43,205 nucleotides of DNA from a virus (taxonomy: Duplodnaviria > Caudoviricetes): the IMG/VR virus record IMGVR_UViG_3300009506_000069, positions 1 to 43,205 of that record; one strand, written 5' to 3'. The notes under the pieces are model-generated. The model did not search any database. It was not told the origin of the DNA and was given only the letters and a program-made list of their open reading frames with translations. Both the position numbers and the translations under genes were made by a program. Below, in pieces: positions 36,044-43,205 of this stretch. The stretch's first letter is position 1, and every line of letters begins with the position of its first letter.

Positions 36044-36628
36044 ATGTTGGAAGAGTACGAGTATTTTGAAGAGGACTATGCCCTCGAAGACTATGGAGAT
36101 ATCATGCAAGCAGGTGATGTAGCAGTAGATGTCAGCTCACGGGCTGAGATCGTTAACCTTTTAGCAAACGACCCGACGTTCTTTCAAGAGATCGTGAGCA
36201 ACGAGATCTTTCTCAACAAAATAGTCAAGAATTCAGCTTTCTGCGTCGCACTCGCAAAGAGCTCAAGGGCTATGACAGAGATCGTTAAGAATCCGACCGT
36301 TATGGACTCTATCGGTCGCAGCGAAGCTTTCGTAATGAAGGTGGCCGAGAGGATCAACGGGTACGACAACGGGTTTGACAACTACCTGTACCAACACCCG
36401 CAGGTCAATCAACTCATGATAGATATGCTCAACAACTTCGCAGCACAGAAAGCATTCAGGCAGTACGCAACATATAACATCGAACTGGTCGGCGATGACG
36501 GCAATGTGGTTGCACTGGCTGACAGCCGAACCAACCCAGACGGAAGCTATGAGTATTTCTTTGACCCTGTCGTGGCAAGGAATAACCCGAACGCCAAGGT
36601 CAGGATAGCTTTCGCAAAGGCTCCTTGA
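36044..36628 (+). CDS. Hypothetical virion protein
   Basis: Acidic EDY N-terminus and short helical repeats. Confidence 0.55.
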   Translation: MLEEYEYFEEDYALEDYGDIMQAGDVAVDVSSRAEIVNLLANDPTFFQEIVSNEIFLNKIVKNSAFCVALAKSSRAMTEIVKNPTVMDSIGRSEAFVMKVAERINGYDNGFDNYLYQHPQVNQLMIDMLNNFAAQKAFRQYATYNIELVGDDGNVVALADSRTNPDGSYEYFFDPVVARNNPNAKVRIAFAKAP

Positions 36629-37320
36629 TGGCTGATTCCGCTCTGATCGAGAAATTTGTTGCCAAGGGCCTGATCGGGAATAGCACATTTATGGCCCAAT
36701 TCATTGATGACGCAAACATGGATGCGTACATCCCTAATGTGGCAGCAGTAGCTAGTCCAAGCTACGGTATAGCAGAGACGCTCGGGTGGCTTCTTAGCAG
36801 GTCTGACTACCCAGAAAAGATGGTTACAAACCCGTGGTTTGAGCAGATGATGCAGGAGGCCATGTTCAGGGATCAGCTGCAGGCGACAACTCAATACTGG
36901 ACATACATCAATGATCTCGACACAACAACTTTCGGCTACTACCCTGACGGGGTAGCAGAGGGGCTGTGCAAGATAGGGTACTACAACTCTACAGATCCTT
37001 CGATACTTGAGCCATTCCTTCGTGGAGAGAATTTCAGCATAGACCCAACTCAAGGCCTTGACCTGTCCGGCTTCATGTTTAATTCTTCAGTCACAAGAGA
37101 CGAGGACATCTCCTATGTCAACACGCTCGGGTACACTGTTGCGGTCAATGACTCATACGGGATCCCGATATACGAGGATCGGGCAAGGACATACCCTCTA
37201 TTTTCAGAGATAGGGCTGCCTGCTGCCGATATTGTTCCAAAGTTCGAAATAGATGGCGCATACATTGGAGACATGAGCAAGTACATTATCCGGATGAAGT
37301 TCATAAGGAACCCAGTATGA
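36628..37320 (+). CDS. Hypothetical virion protein
   Basis: TGATG coupling; late operon. Confidence 0.55.
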   Translation: MADSALIEKFVAKGLIGNSTFMAQFIDDANMDAYIPNVAAVASPSYGIAETLGWLLSRSDYPEKMVTNPWFEQMMQEAMFRDQLQATTQYWTYINDLDTTTFGYYPDGVAEGLCKIGYYNSTDPSILEPFLRGENFSIDPTQGLDLSGFMFNSSVTRDEDISYVNTLGYTVAVNDSYGIPIYEDRARTYPLFSEIGLPAADIVPKFEIDGAYIGDMSKYIIRMKFIRNPV

Positions 37321-39572
37321 CAGAGAACTATTTTGAGATAGACAAGGACGGGAACGTCACAGTATCCGCATTCCTTCAGGCGCTCTTCCCAGACCTTACA
37401 TACGAGCTATCCGACGACATGAGAAGCATCAAGGTGAACTATGGAGCGCTCAAATGCACCGGTGGCCAGACAGCGTTCGTGAGATCTACCAGTGACGGCC
37501 TCATAAGGTACAACCGGCACGACCTTACATCTGCGTCGCCTCTTCCGTACATCGTATTTGACATCGAGACAAGAACGCTCACGATGGACACATCTGGTCA
37601 TGGGATCTACGGGTACGCTGCGAATAGGGCCTACGTTGACCAGTTCATCACAGAGTGTTCAACGATCGCCCCGTTTGTTGACAGGCTGATTCTAAAGGTT
37701 GACTACTACTACCTATTCGCACCGGTCGGGCTTGAGCTATGGCTTGATGGGGCCGGAGATCTTCTTCTCCCAAATCTAAGGCACTTCACATACGACTGCA
37801 TAGCGTACTCAACGCTATACAATGTGGCCTACACGTATGATCGCAATTCCAACAACTCCTACTTTCACCCTACGGAGTCTGGCGTGATCCTGTACAACAG
37901 CTACCCGAACAGCTTCGTTGCCCCTATCCCGCACAAGTTCTGGAACCTTGCAAACGAGCTGAGAGGGTACAGTGAAGGCCTTGGCAGCTATGCAGATCCA
38001 CTGATTAATACAACACCAAAAGAGGGGTATGAATACGAGTTTAATTATTTCTACAACACCTACAAGGTTTATGCCGACTTTGTAAGCAAAATAGGCGTGT
38101 TCGGTGGTCACAATATTGCAACTACAATTGATAGGCTTGTTACGCTGATACAGACATGGACTGCGAACTCTACAGTCCTCGGGGTAGTCATTACACGCAT
38201 TGATGAGCTTCCATTTGCTCCTACGAAGATATCCACGATCCACCCAGAAATGAGTGACGTTGTTGAGTACAACTCTCAGAACTTCCTGCAGTTCAATATC
38301 ATATCCCCGTTCCCCGCACTTGAGATTTTCACTCACCCGAGCGCAACATTTGACCTACAGAACGGGATACTGACGTTGGCATCATCAAACTACAACAGCA
38401 CAGCTCGCAACTTCGGAACACTTCCATTCGATGCGGTGAGCGACCTGAAACTGAAGTCAATCGTCCACCACGGTCAGGCCTATGATTCGAACGGAAACAT
38501 GGACTCTGAGTCAATCTACGTTGGGGTTGTCGGCGCTGCGATGTGTGACCTGAACGCAATGGCATACCTCGGGGAGATGAAGCTTACATACCTTACCACA
38601 GGGAACATCGTGTTCTACTGGAACAGAAACCACCAGTCGATCGGGGCTATTGACGCAACACATATCAACTTCCTGTTTGGCACTTGGGCCGTGAACGGTT
38701 CGTACTGTTGGATCAACCTCACATCGGTGACGATCTTCGAAGGTGGCAGCTATTCTGGCCTCAACGTTAACCCGAACATCACCGAGCTGTGGTGTGTGCC
38801 TACGACAATGACGATCCCCCAAGAGGTGCTGACAGCATTCCCGAACCTTGACACGATCAACGGGATCCCGATGAACTCAAACTGGTTTGCCGATGCGATA
38901 GAGGCCGGCACGATAGTCTGGTACCCTACACGATGGAATCAGGCGTGGATCTGGCACGAGAGCTATCACAACATCGTGACACGTGCTTCAGGCCTTGTCG
39001 ACGACGGCGTGCAGGTCATGGAGATGCCGAGGACGATCGCTGATCTCAATGTGACCATAGACGTCGGCGTGGCGGATCCGGTTCCGTACCAGAACCTGCA
39101 TAGTGTGGCGAAGCGTTTCGCTCAGCTCGACACGCAACTCCCGCACGAGTACCTAAAAGTCAACCTCGGCATGAATATCGAGACAGAGTGCTGCAAGCAC
39201 GGTGTGACTGTATACTTCTGGTGGAACGACACGGACAGCGACTTCCAAGACTATGCGCACGGCAGGATCTCCAACTTCGCACGTGAGACTCCGCCGGCTG
39301 ATCTGACAAACGTCAAGAAGCTGCTGATGGTATCTCTAAACTGGGAGACGGTTGAGTTCTTAAAGAATGACGCGTTTGTGGCCAAGGACCTTACACTCAA
39401 CCAGATCTACCCAGTGAAGGTGTCCTACAGCATCTCAACCGGCAGCGGTCTCACTGGTCCTCAGCCACTCAGGATCCAGTCGGCCGTGACTTATCAGGAC
39501 GGTTCCGCAGCCGGCACCGATCTCTCAGTCTGCACCGCGCACGGTGTGAAAGCGAGTAAGCTCTATGTATAG
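37317..39572 (+). CDS. Large hypothetical virion protein (LRR-like segments)
   Basis: 751 aa; LPNLRHF, NITELW, FPNLDTI. Confidence 0.55.
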   Translation: MTENYFEIDKDGNVTVSAFLQALFPDLTYELSDDMRSIKVNYGALKCTGGQTAFVRSTSDGLIRYNRHDLTSASPLPYIVFDIETRTLTMDTSGHGIYGYAANRAYVDQFITECSTIAPFVDRLILKVDYYYLFAPVGLELWLDGAGDLLLPNLRHFTYDCIAYSTLYNVAYTYDRNSNNSYFHPTESGVILYNSYPNSFVAPIPHKFWNLANELRGYSEGLGSYADPLINTTPKEGYEYEFNYFYNTYKVYADFVSKIGVFGGHNIATTIDRLVTLIQTWTANSTVLGVVITRIDELPFAPTKISTIHPEMSDVVEYNSQNFLQFNIISPFPALEIFTHPSATFDLQNGILTLASSNYNSTARNFGTLPFDAVSDLKLKSIVHHGQAYDSNGNMDSESIYVGVVGAAMCDLNAMAYLGEMKLTYLTTGNIVFYWNRNHQSIGAIDATHINFLFGTWAVNGSYCWINLTSVTIFEGGSYSGLNVNPNITELWCVPTTMTIPQEVLTAFPNLDTINGIPMNSNWFADAIEAGTIVWYPTRWNQAWIWHESYHNIVTRASGLVDDGVQVMEMPRTIADLNVTIDVGVADPVPYQNLHSVAKRFAQLDTQLPHEYLKVNLGMNIETECCKHGVTVYFWWNDTDSDFQDYAHGRISNFARETPPADLTNVKKLLMVSLNWETVEFLKNDAFVAKDLTLNQIYPVKVSYSISTGSGLTGPQPLRIQSAVTYQDGSAAGTDLSVCTAHGVKASKLYV

Positions 39573-41142
39573 TTTTGACGCCTCAGATGTAACAGATATC
39601 ACCCTCGACCCGAACTTGGGCTCAGGTGTAATGACGATCGGACTAGGATCCGCGATGGTTGACGTGGACAGCGACTCGTTCTACTCAGGAGGAGATCCGA
39701 ACGGGCAGGTGATCGACGTTGAGATGTGGATCATCGGGGACTCTGAGGGCAATCCGCTGCCACCACTGTACCAACCGCAGGCCGGCGTCCGCCAGTCTGT
39801 AGGAGACGTGACCGAGGACGTGACGCTCTACTATGGGACCAAGACCGACATCAAGACAACTACCGTGAAGAGCACCGGCTCGTACTCGGCTGTGGCCACA
39901 AAGGACAAGGACTTCGCGTTCGTTCCTTCGGCTCCATTCAGGCAGGGTGAGACGAGGTCGATCCAGTACGACGTGTCGTCATACTACGTCGTGTCATGGA
40001 CCACGTACCAACCTCTCTTCCAGATCGGCCGGATCTACGGGAAAAGGATCGCGCATGCCGTGTTCTACAACACATACCTTGAGTCGTTTTTCGCGATCAT
40101 GACGCGCAAGGGGACACTCGAGTTCTACGACAACTCCCTGATGGGCATGAAGAAGAACCCGACGCTGCAGGGAGAGTGGGACACCTACCTGTCCAACCTA
40201 TGGCTTCTCGACGAGGACAAAACCGCTCTGGATCTTGTCACGTTCGGGGACGACCAGTTCGTCGTTCATCTTCGCAATAGGGACGCGGTGAAGATCGGGT
40301 TCACATGGGACGGCCACCTCCAGTTCACCGAGTACCACGACGTGGCCAAGGTGGTATCAGGAACGATCCTGTACACGTCTGCTGAGATGATCTGGGACGG
40401 CGAGAACAACCTCTTCATCCCTCTTATGAGTGACGGTGTGAGGCATGATATCGTAGATGCGTGGGCGATCCCTTCACTGGCCAACGACTACAGGGTGATC
40501 AAGCACTATGCAGACGGCACGTTCGAGCTTAACGGATCCCCGATCTCGGTCACCGGCACTCCGTTCGACTTCTTTGGATCTGATGACGTTGTGTACGCGG
40601 TGTACAAGGACGCTCCGTACCGGCTCGAGAAGATCACCGGAACCGGAGCCCTTGTGCTGCACGTGAACAACTACTCGTACTACGACTCGAAGATCAGCGA
40701 TCAGACAGGGTTCAACCTGTGCTCCACCTCAACTGCCAACGCGACATACATCAACTGGGTTGAGGCGAACTACACGGCCGTGGAGGAGTTCTATGACAAG
40801 CCACCGTGTCCGTACCGGTACTCCCGCCTCGGGTACCCTACCAGATCCGGATCAAACAACGGGATCGAGCTGCTGATCTTCCAAGGATCCACGATCAAGT
40901 CAATGGTCGACGGCACAACCAAGGTGGTCAAGAGCTACATCTCTGACGACGCGTACTTCACCGACGTCACGAACTGGTCCGCTACAGACGACCAGAACAA
41001 CATGTTCGACGTTGCGGAAACGTGCTCGCCACCGATGGCCACGTTCGGTGGAACGTACGAGGAGTTCAGGCTCAAGATCGGGACTCAAGAGGACACGAAG
41101 GAGTGGTTCACGTGGGCTGACGTACGGAACCTGCAGAAATAA
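39565..41142 (+). CDS. Hypothetical beta-rich virion protein
   Basis: 525 aa, coupled. Confidence 0.55.
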   Translation: MYSFDASDVTDITLDPNLGSGVMTIGLGSAMVDVDSDSFYSGGDPNGQVIDVEMWIIGDSEGNPLPPLYQPQAGVRQSVGDVTEDVTLYYGTKTDIKTTTVKSTGSYSAVATKDKDFAFVPSAPFRQGETRSIQYDVSSYYVVSWTTYQPLFQIGRIYGKRIAHAVFYNTYLESFFAIMTRKGTLEFYDNSLMGMKKNPTLQGEWDTYLSNLWLLDEDKTALDLVTFGDDQFVVHLRNRDAVKIGFTWDGHLQFTEYHDVAKVVSGTILYTSAEMIWDGENNLFIPLMSDGVRHDIVDAWAIPSLANDYRVIKHYADGTFELNGSPISVTGTPFDFFGSDDVVYAVYKDAPYRLEKITGTGALVLHVNNYSYYDSKISDQTGFNLCSTSTANATYINWVEANYTAVEEFYDKPPCPYRYSRLGYPTRSGSNNGIELLIFQGSTIKSMVDGTTKVVKSYISDDAYFTDVTNWSATDDQNNMFDVAETCSPPMATFGGTYEEFRLKIGTQEDTKEWFTWADVRNLQK

Positions 41143-41196
41143 TCGGCGATGCGGTTGCGCAGATCGCTGAAGTATAATTCCTAGAAAAGGTGAATT

Positions 41197-42597
41197 ATGG
41201 ACTTGACCCTATACAATCAGGTGGTCACGGACACGCTCAACAACGTGGCCACCGATACCGAATCCATCTTTGCAAAAACGGAGCAGATGCTCAAGGAGTT
41301 CCTTGAGAACAGCACCTCCCTGACAGACGACGACAAGGCGGGGCGTTATTCCGACTTTCTGGTCAATATCGTCAATAATGCGGTCACTCAGGCGATCGCA
41401 GCCGGCGCGGAGATCCAGACCAAGGGACCGCTCGCTGATGCTCAGGCGCTGCACGAGGCAAAGAAGTCACTACTGACAGAGCAGCTCACCCTCGAGTCCG
41501 TTGCCAAAACCGCGAACATCGAGGCGGACACACTGCTCACTCAGGCCAAGATCGACATCGAAATCGCACGTCTCGACGTTGTGGCTGAGGAGCTGCTGAT
41601 CAGAAAAGCTGAGGCTGCAAACGAGGCTGCCAAGCTTCCGTTGATCCAAGCGCAGATCTCCGTCGAAGAGCAGCGTGTGTTGCTGATGATCCAACAGACA
41701 GCGGTAGAGTCAGAGCGAATCAACCTGATGTACGAAGATATCGCGCTCAAGGCTCAGCAGGTACTGGTAGAGCAGCAGCGCGTTGATCTACTCACAGAGC
41801 AGGTCCTGATCGAGCAGGCAAAACTACCTCTTGTTCAGGCTCAGGCGTTGACGGAGCAGGCTCGTCCTGCTCTTATCGCTGCAGAGACAGCACTTACAAC
41901 CGCTCAGTCATCGTTCCAAGACGCCCAGACGCTAACAGAGGGCGAGAGAAAGCTGCTTGTAACAGGGCAGACAGCAGTGGAAACCAAGCGCGTCGAGGTC
42001 ATGGATCAGGAGATCCTGAGAGAGGCAGCAAGAACACTTCTGATCGGAGCTCAGGAGGCAGTGGAGACAGCGCGTCTGCCTCTTGTGCAGGCAGAGGTGC
42101 AGGTAGAGACAGAGAAAGTTCTGATGATGGCAGCACAGGTCTCCGTGGAAGAGCAGAGGATCGACCTTATGGCAGCGGATGTTTCGCTCAAGGCACAGCA
42201 GATCATTACGGAGCAGTCACGTGTGCTTCTGATGACGGAGCAGATCAACCTCGAGCGCGAGAAGCTGCCACTGATGCAGGCACAGGTGTCAGTAGAAGAG
42301 CAGCGCGTCCTCCTCATGGTAGAGCAGACAGCGACAGAGCTCAAGAAGGTCGACCTCATTACAGAACAGATCAATCTCGAGCAGGAAAAAGTGCTCCAGA
42401 CCGTGGCTATGACCGCTGTCGAACAGCAACGCGTATTCCTGACTCAGGAGCAGATCGAACTTGCATCCGCAGAGGTCTTCTACAAGGCAAAACAAGCCGA
42501 CGCTATCGCAGAGGCCAACACAGTCAACGAGCGCATCGAAGACAAGAAAAACCAGACCGCGATCGATATCGCAGTAATCAACAACCAAGGAGTGTAA
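41197..42597 (+). CDS. Alpha-helical fibrous virion protein with 14-residue repeats
   Basis: Repeated AQ..VEEQRVLLM/KLPL.QAQ; TATAAT at 41173-41178. Confidence 0.65.
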   Translation: MDLTLYNQVVTDTLNNVATDTESIFAKTEQMLKEFLENSTSLTDDDKAGRYSDFLVNIVNNAVTQAIAAGAEIQTKGPLADAQALHEAKKSLLTEQLTLESVAKTANIEADTLLTQAKIDIEIARLDVVAEELLIRKAEAANEAAKLPLIQAQISVEEQRVLLMIQQTAVESERINLMYEDIALKAQQVLVEQQRVDLLTEQVLIEQAKLPLVQAQALTEQARPALIAAETALTTAQSSFQDAQTLTEGERKLLVTGQTAVETKRVEVMDQEILREAARTLLIGAQEAVETARLPLVQAEVQVETEKVLMMAAQVSVEEQRIDLMAADVSLKAQQIITEQSRVLLMTEQINLEREKLPLMQAQVSVEEQRVLLMVEQTATELKKVDLITEQINLEQEKVLQTVAMTAVEQQRVFLTQEQIELASAEVFYKAKQADAIAEANTVNERIEDKKNQTAIDIAVINNQGV

Positions 42598-42598
42598 T

Positions 42599-43057
42599 AT
42601 GACAACAGCAGCAGCAATGGCAAAGATTGACGAAGAGATCACGCAGATCCTGAAGGAGTACGACAACTCCTCTGCGTCGAAGGACTCAACAGGTACGCGG
42701 ATCCCGCACGTTCTTGACACAGTATCCGAGGCGGAAAAGCTTGTCGGTATCAACAAGGGTCTTCTCGCTGCAGCTATGCAGTGCAAACCGAAGGACCTGT
42801 GGAGAATAACCGGAACAGATGTTGATCCAAAGCTATACGACGTCAACTCGACAAAGTACGTCAAGGTCCCAGACACCGCAACAAATACCGGCGAAGATCT
42901 CGACATAGACGAGGCGCTTGCGTACGGCGTGATCTACTACGCTGTCCTGATGCTGTACAGCGGGAACGACCGTTACTCTCAGAAGGCTGAGACCGTGTTC
43001 AAGACATACAACTCGGTACAGAAACAGTACGATCTGGCAGTAGCTCAAGGTAACTAA
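42599..43057 (+). CDS. Head-tail adaptor-like protein (paralog 2)
   Basis: DNS...N..L...C.P..L...ED...D..L...VIY...TY.S shared with 34739..35143. Confidence 0.55.
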   Translation: MTTAAAMAKIDEEITQILKEYDNSSASKDSTGTRIPHVLDTVSEAEKLVGINKGLLAAAMQCKPKDLWRITGTDVDPKLYDVNSTKYVKVPDTATNTGEDLDIDEALAYGVIYYAVLMLYSGNDRYSQKAETVFKTYNSVQKQYDLAVAQGN

Positions 43058-43061
43058 TATG

Positions 43062-43205
43062 CCAAGCCTTGAGGAGCGATCAGACTTCCTCACGGTTTTC
43101 AATGACCGTTTGGATATCGTCCACTTCGGTCACCACACGTCAAGATCTCTAACGCCATACAAGAGACCGGTGTCATCCGGTCAGGATCTGGAGTTCAGAG
43201 AGCTT
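43062..43205. repeat. Terminal direct repeat, copy 2
   Basis: Identical to 1-144; unit genome 43061 bp. Confidence 0.95.

Noticed and set aside
43062-43205. 144-bp terminal repeat as physical genome ends
   Set aside because: It cuts through a gene start and is most simply an assembly overlap; termini need read data

Overview
Apparently complete ~43.06-kb circular tailed-phage genome; 1-144 is repeated at 43062-43205. The likely host is Campylobacterota (Sulfurimonas/Sulfurovum-like), judged from the host-type SSB ending IDIDEDEIPF, AAGGA ribosome-binding sites and TGnTATAAT promoters. A leftward early operon (16.7-23.6 kb) encodes a MazG-like protein, SSB, a NinB-like protein, YqaJ exonuclease, ERF and many small ORFs. 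A divergent control region carries a ribbon-helix-helix repressor, followed by a lambda-O-like initiator with iterons, HNH and VRR-NUC nucleases, and Acb2-like and Tad2-like anti-defence sponges around TerS. Then come TerL, portal, scaffold, a DUF5309/SU10-type capsid, virion proteins, a 2277-aa polyvalent ejection protein (ART, JAB and HhH-like domains), two adaptor+fibre modules, a holin and an M15 endolysin. I recognised no integrase, CI, polymerase, tRNA or CRISPR. Most striking: (1) +1-frame overprinted ORFs inside TerL, portal and the ejection protein, most with their own RBS and a local codon-usage shift, including a two-TM protein inside TerL; (2) roughly 4-fold GATC enrichment via synonymous codon choice, with apparent absence of CCNGG and GCSGC; (3) three 250-300-nt structured leaders; (4) a candidate -1 frameshift gene. 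Family calls come from motif recognition only; no searches were run.
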